A stretch of DNA of 64,000 bases from Pocillopora damicornis. Lineage: Eukaryota. The stretch covers positions 62,001 through 126,000 of the forward strand of contig NW_020843846.1 of assembly GCF_003704095.1 (NCBI RefSeq), read 5' to 3'. Made by a program: the position numbers and the translations under genes. This document shows, in pieces, positions 47,601-62,700 of this stretch (positions are counted from its first letter, which is position 1; every line of letters starts with the position of its first letter). The notes beneath the pieces were generated by a model. The model saw only the letters and a list, made by a program, of their open reading frames with translations. It had not been told where the DNA came from and did no database searches.

Positions 47601-50600
47601 TTATTATTGACTCAGAATTGTTATGTCTTCCCTTAATCCACGGTGAGAGGCCCACAACTGAAACACTAAATGCGTGCCCGCGGTTTTATCGTATCTCTAT
47701 TTTGAGTCATAAAAGATTCAGTGGGCACACACGCCTAGACAATGCAAGTACATGCAAGCCAAGAAAAGTATAAGAAAATCCCAAACTTGTGCTTAAATAT
47801 TTCTATATTCATGCATTAAAATACCAATACAACTTGCCACAATTGGGTATAGGTCATTACCTATCGGTTTTCCCAGGGTTTTTTTTCTCTTTTGTTTTTC
47901 CTACCGATGATATGAAATATATTTTAGAGCGAAGAAAGTTACCTTGCGACTCACACTAAAACGCCATTTCAAATCGGTGTTTTGAAGCCGAAACAATTTT
48001 CTTACTGTTAATGTGTATAGTAATTATAAAACCTAAGCTACATTTTCATAATATCAAACTAAAGTAAAAAGGGGGGACGGTACTGTTCATTATTGAACTA
48101 AAGAAAAACGCAAAGATTAAAAAACTTCTGTGTTGTAAAGTTGAAAAAACTTTACTCAAAAAATTTCAAATTGCTCTATCATCATTTTTTTAAAACTACA
48201 TTAGCGTCAGTGAGGCAAAGTTATAGTTAAATTCTTGTCTCTTTCTATGCTATCTTCGAAGAAATAAGCAATTCATACAGAAATTTACGAATAAAAGTAG
48301 GATCATCCATGTTTAGAAACTGTTGGAATTCCTTCGAAGGAAATCACAGAAGACAACTGGTAAGGAAGACAGCAGGTGATAACAATAACAGAAAAAAAAA
48401 CCCACCGGGAAAAAAGTAAGATGCGACGTTTTCCTTTGTAACAATTACAAGAAATGTGCGCAATAATTGGGGAGAATTTAAGAATGAATCTTGGAGAATA
48501 TGAACGGTCTTCTTGGAATCTCATTTGACTAACTTAACAAAGATGTTTTACAACAAAGAAGAGGTGACAAAGCTGAGTTTGACGAACGAAAAATTGTCAT
48601 CGAATTAATTTCTTGGTGAAAAATTTCAAGACAGTTTGCGCTTAAGATTCACAGGCAATCAGGCAAGGGTGTCCTGTTGCTTTCAATTGAAACAAATTTG
48701 TCACATTTTTAAGTCCTCACTCTCAGTTTCGCTGCTGGTCTTGTTAACAGCTCGCAGTGACGAGGGGATAACATCGGCCAATTTTGTTGTTTCTCCTGAA
48801 GTGCGAAACATTTATTACGAAGTTTTAAGCTGCGAGAATGACTCGAAACGTGCCATCATAAGGTGCGATCTCATAAAAAAGTGCAAAGTGTATATCAGCT
48901 GCTGTGGTAGCTTAATGCATGTCAAGTTAAAAAAAAACAAGCTTTTCAAATGAATTCGAGATAACTTTTAGCCAACCTTCGTGATATTTTGGCGCCAAGC
49001 AAATGCTGGCGGCAAAGTTTTATTGATACCTGTTCTGTACACCTTTAATAACTCTTACCCAAGAGAAATAATTACGGTACAATCCAAACAGGGCAATTAT
49101 GTTTTGGTAACACCTGATTGACGCCCGCTAGACAACAGGTCCTTTGCAAGTCGCCAACTATATTTTTTCCCTCCGTCTTTTATTTTCCCATAAGGTAAAC
49201 GGAGATACAAATGCAGCCAAATGACATCTGGTCACAATTCCGTAGTTTAGAACTTACATGTGAATTTTTTTCACTTACATTTTGAATACAAATTACAGCC
49301 AAGAAGCCATACTCTTGTCGTAATTATGTCCACGTCACGTAGCAGACCCTGTCATTTTAAAAAGCAAACTCTTCATGTCAAACTTTAAGAGAGGACAGAA
49401 TTTCGTCGCGAGTGACAGAAACCCGAAAGAGCTCTCAACAACTACTTCCTGGTTGCCGAGTAACTCTTGTCGCCGTCAAAAACTTGTCATGCAAACAAAA
49501 TTAAATTCGCCAAAACTAAAACAGGGGCTGCACTAAAAATAGGACATCATGGAAACTTTAAGCGACGTGCTCTCGCAAGTCTTTGTAAAAATACAGGCAT
49601 CGGTCTGTTTATCTTGTTATATTCCACATGAAAGATCACCGTGATGTACATGATTCTCCATGCTCGTAGTCATTTAAGTTACAACCGAGTGTTACCAGTG
49701 TGCCGATTATGGTCGCGGTCCCACGTAACGATCAAAACATCACTTTTAACTACTTGAGGTGAAAATTTGGCGTGGAATTATCGAGTACCAGAAAGACCTG
49801 GATACATTGAAATTTCATCAGCGCCAGTAATAGTTTTCAATTAGCAAGTTTTTGGAATATCAGATCGATGTTCACACTTTGCATAATTTGAAATTCGTTC
49901 AAAACATGTTTTTTTTGTGTGTTTCTAAAATCTCTATTTTAATGCATATACACCAAAAAGACGTCCAAGTGAGATCAATTAATGGTAATTTCAACTAAAA
50001 ACATAAGTTATTAAGTGAAAAAACACGACCATCCTCCCTATTCTTAGGTTCAAAACATGAAGACATAAAGCCAGCGGGCAAAAGTGTCTGTTGAGCAACA
50101 GCCGCAAAGAGATCTAGTTAAAACTGTCTACAACGGCAGGAGACCTATTAGTAGTTTATAAATAGCGTCACTTGTTTCAAAGAAAGTTACGAGAGTCTTT
50201 TGTTTCTGCTGTATACTCCCTGATAGCGTCTTACACAAGACTACCGCAGCTAAATGTCCATGTAGTAGGCAGGTGTTCGATCGGCGAAGCTTGATTGACA
50301 ACCGGACTAAGTTTCTCGAGCCTGATTGGCTTACCAAGGCAATTACTGCCAAATTTGATTTTATTTCAGCCAGGCGCCTTATCAAACAGTATTTTTGCTC
50401 GTAACATTCAAGCAGATACGATGCCAGAGATTCTCTGGAGTGAAAAGCTACCCGTGGCGCTAAATTGGACTAGCCATCGCAGAAGAGGCAGCGAATTGGT
50501 CGATGTTTGTTTATAGGGTCAACTTCTCCCGCCTACCGAACAGTATTTACACGAGGCATAAATATAATGTATCTTAAATCCACTCAAAATATGCCAGCTC

Positions 50601-50693
50601 TACAGGAATTACTGAGTTTCTCGACGGAGGCTTACTCTTAACGACGAACATCCTGTAAGAATCAGCTTCGAACGAATCCCACGTAGAGAGAGC

Positions 50694-50769
50694 ATGCCGA
50701 TTCGCCGCGGACGTTTTGCCCCACAGAACACTTTTCTAGAGACGATCGCACAGAAATTCGACCGAGGCA
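50694..50769 (+). CDS. Elk/KCNH exon 1 (PAS cap)
   Basis: ATG 50694; [25 protein letters not shown]; gtgagt donor. Confidence 0.92.
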
Positions 50770-53700
50770 GTGAGTGACTAAATAATGTACCATTCTGTTA
50801 TTGTTTAGCAGTACGCTATATTGTCATTCAGCCAAAAGCCAGCGTTGCAGCTACAATTTAACGACAACTTAGAAATGCATTAAATTTAGTCCGGTCGCAT
50901 CAGTTTTATAACTGGTGCTTATTGCCTGACCGATTATTAGTAATAACACTTGGTATTTCCTGCGTGTCCTTAGATAGTAACTTTGTCCTCGGTGGTGCGC
51001 AAGAAAAGAACAACTACCCTATAGTGTATTGCAGTGATGGCTTCTGTGAACTCACGGGCTTTTCGCGAAGCGAACTCATGAGGCGAAGTTGTGGTTGTAA
51101 TTTTTTATACGGCTTGGAGACAAACCAGGACGACATAACGAGCATACAAAAAGCCTTTAAGGCGCAAGTGGAACTGAAGAAGGAGATTATGTTCTACAAA
51201 AAGAACGGTGAGCGTATTTTTCTTACTTTTATTATCGGTTCATAATAATCTTATGTCAACTATTCTGGCAGCATTCGACGTAACACTGAGGCGTTGTTAG
51301 ACTAAAGCACTTAGTTTAATGAAAAAAGAATCGCGCGGTAATATTTGTGGACAATGCTCGGCGACACTATTTTACTCACTGACGAGTTAAACTTTCACTT
51401 TCTTTCATTTATCTTCTTGGACGGGCTCACGCAGAAAACGTATTTTTCTTCTGACTCTTTCTATCGGAAGTTGCAATTAAGTCTGGGCATTCAATGGCTA
51501 TAATACCTTCAAACAACAAAAAACAACTTAGAAAAAATTTACATAAGGAGTTATAAGCACATTATTCGAACTGACGATTTCATCGCTAAAAACTCTAGCT
51601 GGCGAGATAAAGCTTAATCTGTTACAGGCATGTTTGAAGGCAAATCTCTCTGTCGTCCTCCGAGGACCGTTCAGTTCCATAAAACGCACGAAACATGTGG
51701 TCAAACGACAAACACAGTTCTAAAATTCTTCCTTCAACTGAGCACCAAACACAAGGTCATTAACATAAAAAATAAACCTAACCTTCTGTTTTGAATTTCG
51801 CTGACCAGAGGAATATTCTTAGTAAAATTAAACATATGCAACAAAGGATCATCCCCAATTCACCGTAAATTCATAAATTTCCTATAAAAGATTATAATTC
51901 TTGGCAAGAAAAAAACCTTTACCAAGTAACTATAATGATTGTCCAAGAAAAATCTGAAAATGATGTAATATATCGGTTTACAATTTACATGTATGGAAAT
52001 GTTCCTGTGTTCATTTTTATTTCGCTTCTTTACAGATTTCCAATTATCGATTAGCAAAAACCCACAGAAAGGTCATAAATTTCAGATCATTTCCTCTGTC
52101 GAACAATACACTTTAGCGAAACTATGATGAACATATTCAAAGCATTTTTGAGAACGGCTGTAACACAATGGCGTTTAATACGTCAAGGGAAATAACTCGC
52201 ATTTCTTGTAACTCTACCGAAATCAAAACACCTTTACCATTGACTCAATTGTGATAACAATTTCGTTCAACACATGTTCCTTGCTTCGGTCGAAAATTAA
52301 AGCACTAAAAAAAATAACTCAATTTTCTGAGATGACGCGTCAACGAACAGCTAAAAGCCTCGAGTTTTATTTCGACGGAAAAAAACATTAATTCAAGTGA
52401 AATCCAAAACATGATTTGTCAACTCAAGGTCAGAGGCAGACTTTGCAAAACAATTGCACAGCAGTCTCTGAGTATCAGCCTAACAGCGCAGCACATTTTC
52501 CCGCAACACGTTGATTTGTTCAAACGGAATACAAAACCCTTGAGATCGAGCTGAAGCGAACTCAATTCAGCGCTCACGGAAAAGTCACGAACAGATATCA
52601 GCTAGATTTCATTTTTGTACGGGCACGCCAAAATTTCTTTATCTTTTCACCATGTGTTCTTCTAAAAAAAGTGACAATTTTCAACACGGATAACGATTCT
52701 GCACTGATCTTAGAAGCGCGACCCGTAACGTATCATATCATAACATGTCCAGAGACATGACGGGCTGTTTGGTTTCTGAAGTCCTGTGTCAATATCGCAC
52801 GAACAAAAGGGATCTGATGGTTATTCACCACTTCAACCAACAACCTTTGGTTAGAAATCGACGGATGATGTTAGACCCTAACGTAACTCCCCGCGAAGAC
52901 GTCGAGATAACCCGTTGTAACGAAATACGAGATTTATTTCCGAGGCAATACCAGCAAGTTTGACGTAAAGAGATACAAGCCACCACTTAAACCGAAGGCT
53001 TCCTTTTTAATTTTCAATCGATCAATGACGATAGATGTTACTCACGAGCGGGAAATAAGTTCTTCGTCAGATATCGTAAAGTGAAACTGTCAAGGGGGCG
53101 ATACGATGCTTATTTCCCGGACGATGTCGAACATCTGAGAGAAAACACCGAGTAAAGATGCGAACAAAGTTCAGGCTTCGCAAACAAGTAAATTGAACCA
53201 AATTTGTGTGCGTTTCTTCCTAATGAAGAACGAATATATTTTGGACAACATTACGCACGTCGAGAAAAAAATTCAGACTGGCTCACCTACAACGAAAATG
53301 TTTGTAAAACGTTTAGCGCGTTGATGTCTAAAAGAAAACTGTTTTTTTTTGTTTCTTTTTCCATATAATTTTTTCCATAACAATCTGTTCGTGCATGTTA
53401 CGCTTTTCGTTGCCAACACGAGATGTGCAAGTAAATGTGGATTTGACATTAAGTCCATTCGTTCAAATCAGTAATGATTCCCTCAGACTACTTTTGTATT
53501 TTAGGGGAATTTGTTTTCTAATTGTTTATCAAGGGTTGGTCTTTGGTTCGGCCTGGTTAGTTACACTAAGGAACCGACAACGCATTTATTGCTTTATGAA
53601 TACCGAGAGCACTCCATGTAAAAAAAAAACCTCAGGAATAATCAGATATCCAATACATTACCCAAAAGGAAATATTGAACGGATACCAGAACCAAAAAAA

Positions 53701-56700
53701 TTTGACAATAAGCTGAATTGTACAAATTGTACACGCTAAGTTTTAAATAAAAAGTATTTTGAGTTTAATTTTCCTTGACGAAAGTCGCTGGTAAATCCAT
53801 TTTGTTTCGTTGCATTATGTAGACTGATTGTTACATTGTAGTATCTAAGTTTGCTAATCAAACGGGAAATACATCACTTATGGTGAAGATTTAATTGTAT
53901 CTGCTGACCGCGAACGAGAGATCCATGAGTGATGTAGATGTAAAAAAGGTCGCTTGTTAGCAAGGAAACCTAAAGCAAACAACGAAATGATTTTGCTGCG
54001 TTTAGTCAACAGATCTAGCAAAGAAACGCCCTCCACAAGCTTAGGTTTTACAACAGGCATATCAAAAATGACACTTCGTCATTAACAAGAAACGCCAGCG
54101 ATCGCAAAAATAGTCTCGACGTCACTAAACCTATTCGGTTCTTTTTAATTCTTCCTGAAAAAATTTTAATTAATTTGAATTGTTTTCCCTACAGCCTTTA
54201 TGCTTATTTCAATAACACGATAGAGCTGGCGTTTAAGTGCGAATTGCAATAAAAAAGGGACAGCCACTTTACCTAAAATATACACACACTTCCGCGAAAA
54301 ATAAAGAGAAGGCAAATCTTTTGAAAACTGCGAATGGGCTGTACGAGAAACTTATTTCGGAGACTCATTTCATACTGACATTTTGTGCAAATAACTGAAC
54401 AAAGCGCGGTTTCCCAAACGCAATTGTTAGCTTGTAAGGTATTTCAACATCCGTCTGTAAAAAAAGAATTTACAGGTTTTCTTGAATTTATTTTCATGTC
54501 ACGAATATTCTCAACGTAAAAAAAAAAAGGCCTTCTTGATTTTTTTGGCCGAGAAGCGCAATATTTCAGCGAAAATTATCACTTTGTGAATAGGAAATCG
54601 CTACGCTTAGTATGAGTCTTATACAAACAATTGAAGAGCTGAAATAAATCTGACTCCTTTGTCTTCTCCCCACCGATGTAATTACTGCTATGATTCCGTT
54701 TCAACGAACGACATCATATAAGCCGCTTACATTATATTGCGACCACTTAAAACTCTCTGTTAAAAGCCGTTAATAATGAAAAATAGCTGTATCATTACAC
54801 AACGTGCTTTGCACTCAGTCGTCAGCCACAACACAACAACGCAGAGCTCTGTTTTATCATTCGCATTATTATTATTTCTGTAATGGTAATTTATTCGAGT
54901 ATTCCGTTTCGCCTTTTTCATTAGTGCGCGGAAGCAATTCGTTCTAGTATCGGAAACGCGTCGGCTAAAAGCGAGTACATTCTCCAATTTGCACCAGACG
55001 ACAGTTGTCGCGCTTTGCGGTGAGAACATTTCAAACTGTAATTGCAAAAAATACGTGCGGTGGTTATATTTTTCTTTTGGTGTTAATACCCGTGTTTGTC
55101 CAGACTCAAGTAATTTACAGCGCCATGCAAAGAGAAGGAAAGATTTCTGTTGTGATAATGAAAATGAAATGGGTATAGCTTCTTACGACCCTGTGGGGGA
55201 AGCAATTAAAAGTAAGCGATTACTCTGGCATTTTCCCAGAGATAAGTCTTTTTACTATTCACTGAAGAGTAAACTTTCGTAAACGAAGCCGAAGTAAGGG
55301 GATTTTCATGATTAAAAGTGAACATTTTCCAATTCGTCCTCTATTCGAGTGATAGCTCCAGCGAAAGAAAGGTAGAAGACCGTGTATATGAAAGACCCCA
55401 TAATCAAATTATTCTTCTGATTCAAAGCGGATGTATGAAAACACTTCTTTTAGCAGAAATTTCCTTTTTCCTTTTTCCTACTGAGGAGAAAGATATCATC
55501 TACATTTTGAATTTTTGGACTTTTCACGAATCAGGAAGGTATGAAACTTGTGACTTTATCCTGGAACTGAGCGTAACACCGCCTACAAGACTAAAAAAAA
55601 AATTGAAAAACTTTGTTATGTGCGGTGAGCGGAAGAAACTGTTGTAAAAGAAGCCGAAGTAAAGGGATTTTCATGTTTCAAAGTGAATATTTTCCAATTT
55701 CTCCTCTATTTACAGTGATAACTCGAAAGATAAAAGACCGTTTCTACGAAAGACCCCAAAATTAAATCATTCTTCTGATTCAGAGCGAAATTTAGTAGAA
55801 ATTTCCTTTTTGCTTCCTTACAAATGATGGCTTCCAAAACACGAATATGAAATAAAAGGAAAAACCAATTTGAACGATGACAAAGCAAATATTCCATATC
55901 TTTTACGAATCGAAAGTATTTAGCATATTCTTTTCGCAAAATTAGAGGTAGCTTTTGTTTCCAAGCTTCATCCTAATGATAGCTAGCAAGCACAACAAAA
56001 CATGAGGTGCCAATTCCTTTTAGCAGCTCCGTCCGTAGTAACAGAATGATACCGAAATTAGTTAAAACTAATCTGGCTGACAATCGCAATACTTCTAAAC
56101 CAAGGCATGAGCCTATAAATAAGTATCATTTGACAGATTTCTATTTGTTTTTAATTCAGAAAAACCGTAGAGTACATCACAAATTTATAAACCGTTAGGG
56201 GGGTAGTAACTAAGAGGAAAAGCAAAGCAAATTGGAACAAATAAAAACAAAGAACATCTCCAGAAAAAGCGATGTTCCAGATAAGAAGTTGAATTAAGTA
56301 GTTACTTTTTAAAATATCAGAATTTTCAGCACTTTCTCTCCGCTCTCGTAATTTAAAACTTGTCCCTGGCATTTTGTAAACAAATTCACAATGCATTAAA
56401 AAAAAAAGGAAGAAATCAAAATAGCCTTAGGGAACAAATGTCGGAGCCATTTTTGGGCAGCTTGCATATGTATAACGTTAAAGATTCATAAAGCCTGAAC
56501 GTTTTTTTCCCGTTGTTTCTCTGTAACATCCCACTCATTTATGTCGCCGGTAAGTTATTTGCAAGATAACGTCAAAAGATATTTAAATTAACTTTTGTGA
56601 TAAAGTACTGGTTGCTTGGCACATTCAGTGTAAACTGACGACAACTACTCTCTTTAATTGTCAGTTCTGATGCGACGATACGCAGCAACGTGGGAGCTTT

Positions 56701-59700
56701 AAAGGAAATTTGAATTTCTACATTCTTCTTATAACAGCCGTCACATCTTAACGCTATATTCTCTTCTTCTTTTACTTCGCGGCCTTTTTCAGTGAGATTG
56801 CGTAATAAACTCAAAACAGAACCTCTCATTACTGCAGCAGTGAATAAGAACGAAATGGTTTTCTTCTAATTCATACAACAGTAATTTAAAATCAGTATGG
56901 CACAGTGCCTAAAACAATGCGATCGTTATCGACCTGTTCACATGCCCATGAGTATATTTTGATTGCTAGAAGATATCGTAATTATTAACGGTCAAGAACA
57001 AAAATCTCTCAAAAGCAAAAGTAATAGATGGTTAGTCGGCGGGGGGGTTTAGCTGACATTAAAAACCAGACAATCAATCGACTTCTATTGAAAGAATGAC
57101 CTACCAATTAATTATTCTTAAGCTACTGGAAATAATTTTTATTGCCAGAAGAAGAATGGAAAAAGAAACATTTATTGGTCAAAGCAAGCGGCGAGGTGCA
57201 GTAATTTCTTGCAATTAAATAATGCTAAAAATGGGTATGATGAAAACCATCACCCAAAATTTCATTCTCGCGCCTGTTAAGAAAATGTACAACGATAATC
57301 GACAACTGTACATTCAAATTTTTTATTGCAAAGAGAAAGCTTTTTCGCAATTTTTTTTTCATTTAACGTTGTTCAAACCTAAAGGCACAGACAGATATCT
57401 CCAACCCTGAACACGAAAGGTATTTTTCCCCTTATTTTTCTCTCACAAAAAAGAGGCTGGCTTTCAATTCTGAATTCTACTATGTCCTTTTCCAAAGATA
57501 AACATCTTTCACAGTATACTAAATTGCCTGCAGCCTCTTAATTCTTTTTAATTCCAAATTTCTAGTCATCGATTGCACTAAACCTAATCGACCTCAGACG
57601 CTGAAAATTGTTTCTTAATTTTCTCATGGCAGCCACAACTTTACAATACAACAAAAGGTTTTTTCCAATTTGTTCAAAACGTCAGATTGAAGTAAACACT
57701 AATTTGAACGCTTGCATGACTTCTGCCGACGACCACATTAACTTTCCTTTGATTGAGAAAATAGTTGGGGGTAATACTGAAGTTAGATGCGTTTAATGGA
57801 GCTAGCTCAAACAAGAGAAAATCAATCAACGACAGCACGTGGCTTAAATTAAAATTTTAAGAATGGAACCTGTTAACCGGTTAAGATCGACGACGTTTGT
57901 AGCAAGGGTCACAACAATAGACGCTATCGATTTGCATGTGAAGGCGGAGGGGAGGTTGGGAACCGTTAACTTACAAGTGCTACTCAGGTCTCATGTAAAT
58001 TGCCATTCACTGTCGTTTGCGAAGTCCCCTACTTCATTATCAACACGGAAAGCTGTGAGACTGTCTAAGAGAATTCGTTTAAAAATCAAAGCTTCTCAGG
58101 CTGACGATCATTTCCTTTTATTATTCCCATGATCTACATGAACGATTCTGTTGTATGTCTGTAAGAAGAAATTAGATGCTGGTTTCTTTTAGGGTTTATA
58201 GGGTTAGACAGTCTCTTTTAAAAATATAAGCTGCCTTATTCCTTCTTGAGCTATTTTAATGTACAAAGCTTACGTAATTCACGAACTAAACCATTTTCAT
58301 TTAAGACACGCACGTTACATATACAGCTGCAGTTCATCTCATGTTTCCAATTAACAACCCCCACTGAAAATTTCTACGCCTACGAAGAGACAAATGAATT
58401 AACCAAGTACTTTACAGTAAGCCCCTATGTCTTTAAAACACGAAGATCTGACAAGCCCTTCAAGCATTCAATTCGCAGCACGCCATCACAGTGTAATAAC
58501 GTAATTACACGACTCCACGCTTATCTGGACCGCCTCAGCGGTAAATAACAATGGCGCCATTGGATGACTAAAATTTTTCCTGAAAAGAATATTTTCCGGT
58601 ATTTTAGGTTAGGGTAATAACCAATCAAGGAGCATTATTCATGTTCAACACCATGAAAAGCCACTTTATCCAAAAGTTTATTGCAACGTCGCCAATGAGT
58701 CTGATTAGGGAGGGAATAACTCAATACTCCTAATTACGCCAAAAAAATTCGGCGTCTTAAAATCCCAAAACACAATTAAAAGAGGGAAGTAACAGCGTCG
58801 AAGATATTTGTAGTTCTCCGTTTTATTTACCACTCAGCTTGGGGCCGACTTAAAAACACTATCAGTTGTTTACAAAACTCATTAAAATTACACTAAAAAA
58901 AAAACAACTTTTGAATGAACTATAGATCACATAGCGCAAATTAGGAAAAACGTGACAGTTAACCACTTTGGAACGGATAGCTTTTAAGGAATAAGTTGCT
59001 TGAAAATTTTTTGGTCCCCTTAACGTCTCGTGTCATCGTCTAATTGAAAAATTTTATGAAATTTAACCCCCTTTAAAAAAAATTTAAATTTTAAGTCACA
59101 CCTGCAATAATTTGTCTAATATTTAAAAAGCCACATGAAACCAAAAGGAAGTTAGGCAAACCTACAAGGCAATAAATTCACTCGTTAAATAAATAGACAA
59201 AAAGGAAAGAGCTTAAAACTGACAGAAAAGTTAAAAAAATAAAATTAGGCTTTTACTATGAAAAGAGACAGTAGGCAATGGTTATTGAGAGCATCACCAA
59301 AATGTTCAAACTGTTTGAGAACTTACAGGTGAAAGTGGAATTTCAAAAATGAACAAGGCGTTTTACAATTAGAATATTAACTCAATTCAAAAAAAAAAAA
59401 AAAAAGGCAGTGAGATGTTAAATTGTGTTTAAAACTACCAATTGAGATTTAAATCAAAATCAATTTAAATGAAAATTAAAGAAACACCAGGTCTAGTTTA
59501 AACATGATCTCAGATTTAAACATTCAAAACAAAGAAATGACTTCATAAAAATATTTTTTTCTATTCTATACTCACATAAACTTCAGAAAATTTTTGATCC
59601 CAAAAATATGCAGGATGTTTAATACACACAGTACTATTTAAACCTTTCACTCCGAAGGTCAAATTAATAATTCTCCTTACTGTCTGACATATGTTCCTAT

Positions 59701-62700
59701 AATGCTAGTTTGGATAATTTGGTATTCGATCAACTAATAATCCCCTAATTTACAATTTTTCTCTATTCTCGTCACTTGTCAGGTTAATATTGCATATATA
59801 TTGTAAGGAGAAATTATATTTCAGTGACTCATGGGTGTTGAAGGGTTAAGTAACTGATTCACAGGGTGTGCATGACATGCAGTTTGTTATTCAGCTATGT
59901 TAAGGAAAAAGAAGGAAGTTTGAAATAACTTCTTTATTATGGCCACCAAAGAAAGGATTCTTCTTCAGATAACATCAACACACTCGCTTTTCTGATTTTT
60001 GTTTTGTTACTGCTTGGAAATTTAAGATTTGGAATTCACTGTAACTTGTCTTTTTTGTAGTTTTTCAATCTTGTATGTAAAACATCTTATTATTTTGTAT
60101 TGATGCCTTGAATTATCTTATAGGATCCCCATTTTGGTGTTTATTAGACATTGTTCCAATCAAGAATGAGAAAGGCAATGTGGTTCTTTTTCTTGCTTCA
60201 CATAAAGACATAACTAAGAGGAAGATTAGTGGAGAAATCCCCGAGCAGGATGTGGGTATGAAAGTTGAACCAGAGCAAGAGCCTCTTCAAATGAACCTGG
60301 TCCCTCTCCACCTTGTAAAAATGTTTATCTTTTCATATCAGAGCTACTGAGATCTTGGGAAGGGGGTTGAGAGGGTGGGGAACAACAGGATATAAATTTC
60401 CCAGGAAAAATACTGATATTGATCCAGAGTGATAATAAGGATGAAAATTTATAGCCTAAAAGAGGGGTAAAGGTTTCTTCTCTGACCTCTCCACTCCGTT
60501 TACTGGGATTATCGAAGAGGCCTTTGATACCTGGTTATACTATATAAGAATGTACGTAAGAAAAAGGTTGGTAGGACCTGGTATTCAAAGTGAAAGCCAT
60601 GTACGTAGGCAAAATTACTTATACAGGTACGGAAAGAGAATGATTCATAAATTATCTGCAGTAATTCTCATCCTCATTTGACACTGGCAAAATATATACT
60701 CAACCACTTGCCAAATAACTGTTTTGGTTGGTCACGGTGGATATTATTAATACACTTATACCTCTAAGCTACGCTACAAAAAATACTGCAGAGATGACAC
60801 TTACCTATTCACCAGGATCATGACCTCTAGAATCTTTCATAATACGTCCAGTCCAAATAAAGGTCTATATTTTCCGCCACGCTCGTCCGCCATGATGGTT
60901 TTGGGGAAACTCCGCTGATCGCTCATTATCCCGGAAGTTTACATTCGGACTGGACTTAAATTGAATTGGACTGGATTTGGACTGGATTGGAAAATTACTG
61001 ACTTCCTACAATAACATCCAATTAAACACAATGGCTTCTCAAAGTGTGACAGAAACTAAGTTATTCGCTGGGATGCTAGGACCTAATGAAGTATCACTGA
61101 TTTTTTGTTTTGTCTGTGTGTTTTTTTGTTTGCTTCTTTAGCTTCCGTTTCGGGTGGCACTGAAAAGTTGAGTAGGTCTCGTTCTAGGAAATTCAGCAGA
61201 GATGTTCTTCTTCACTTGTCGAGACAATACGCGCAGAGTACTGGTCCTGCGAACAAAGCGAATCCACGAAGACCTATCAAAAGAGCGCGAGTGAGTAAAG
61301 AATAATCCCCGCTAGTAAAACATTTCCAGGGTTCCAGCTTGGTTAAACATTTGTAAATTTGAGATGAACTTACAAAGATCGACGCAGCTAAAAATAAGTT
61401 TATAAAAAAGCGAGGAAAAGAAAAGTTTTGTGGTAAAATAAAAAAGGAAAGGAACAATTAAGTGTCGGCTGGGAAACGAGAGAAATCACTGCACCGACAA
61501 AAATGTGACAAACCGAAAAGCCTGACAAAATGTGATCGATTCTTGATGCGGAAAACGAAGTGAAAATTTAATTGACCTACTAAGGATTGGAAGAAGAAGG
61601 GAGGGATGAATGGGTTAGAAGAAACACTCGCTTTTCTGTGGTCCCCCTTCTAATATTCTGTTAGTGACAGCTGATCCCCCCTCCACTCTCCTGAAAACCA
61701 TGAGATCTCCGACTCTACCCCTGCCGCGGGCGATAGACAATGGCCGATCCCTGATACAGCAAAGAAAGTGATGGGAATAAAAAGACAACAGAAATATTCA
61801 TCAAACGCACGAGAAAAAAAAGCTGACAAAACGTTGTAAGGGGATGGGTGAAAAGTAACAAAGTGTATATTCGATTGAGTCCGTTACAGCAAAAAAAATT
61901 AAATTCTTAAGTGTCTGAGCAACTGCACACTCACCTACCCCTTCCCAGACCCAACTATCATCTAGGTTACTAACATTGATCGATCTATTTGAAGAAAACA
62001 GTCTATGCATACTATGCTATGCATCATACTATACTATGCATCATACTATGCTATGCATCATACTATGCTATGCATCATACTATACTATGCATCATACTAT
62101 GCTATGCATCATACTATGCTATGCATCATGCTACACTATGCATCATACTACACTATGCATCATACTACACTATGCATCATACTGTACTATGCATCATACT
62201 ATACCATGCATCATACTATACTATGCATCATACTAAACTATGCATCTATGCATACGTTCTCTATGTATAGATGCATTAACGTTTTGCTTTGTTATTTTTC
62301 TTTCTTTCTTTTCAGTCGTTTTCGTTTAATTCCGAGCGACTACCTCAATACAAGCGAGAGACAGACAAGAAATCAAAGTTTCTTTTTCTACACTATAGTA
62401 ACACCAAAGGATTCTGGGATTGGTGGATACTCATCTTGACAACCTATATTGCAATCATGGTCCCTTACAACGTCGCTTATAGGAGAAACGATCGGAAAAG
62501 GGACCTAATTATATTTGATATGGTTATAGAGTTATTTTTTATTATGGACATCGTGGTTCACTTTCGTACTTCCTTCGTGGACCCAAGTGGACGGATTATA
62601 TACGACCAGAAAAAAATAGCGATTCATTACCTTAAAGGATGGTTTGTTTTGGACTTTCTGGCAGCATTGCCATTCGAGGCTTTATATTTTGTCAATCAAA

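Noticed and set aside
44824-50516. Short ORFs in the intergenic region
   Set aside because: No recognisable motifs or coherent exon chain; consistent with random ORFs in AT-rich DNA.
51860-58548. Short ORFs within the 8.9-kb Elk intron 2
   Set aside because: No domain signatures; Elk exons 2 and 3 join in frame (KKN-G-SPFW) without them.
61976-62439. Three overlapping repetitive ORFs ([15 protein letters not shown]) and a possible CRISPR-like array
   Set aside because: Translation of a 17-bp intronic minisatellite; no unique spacers, eukaryotic context, no cas genes.
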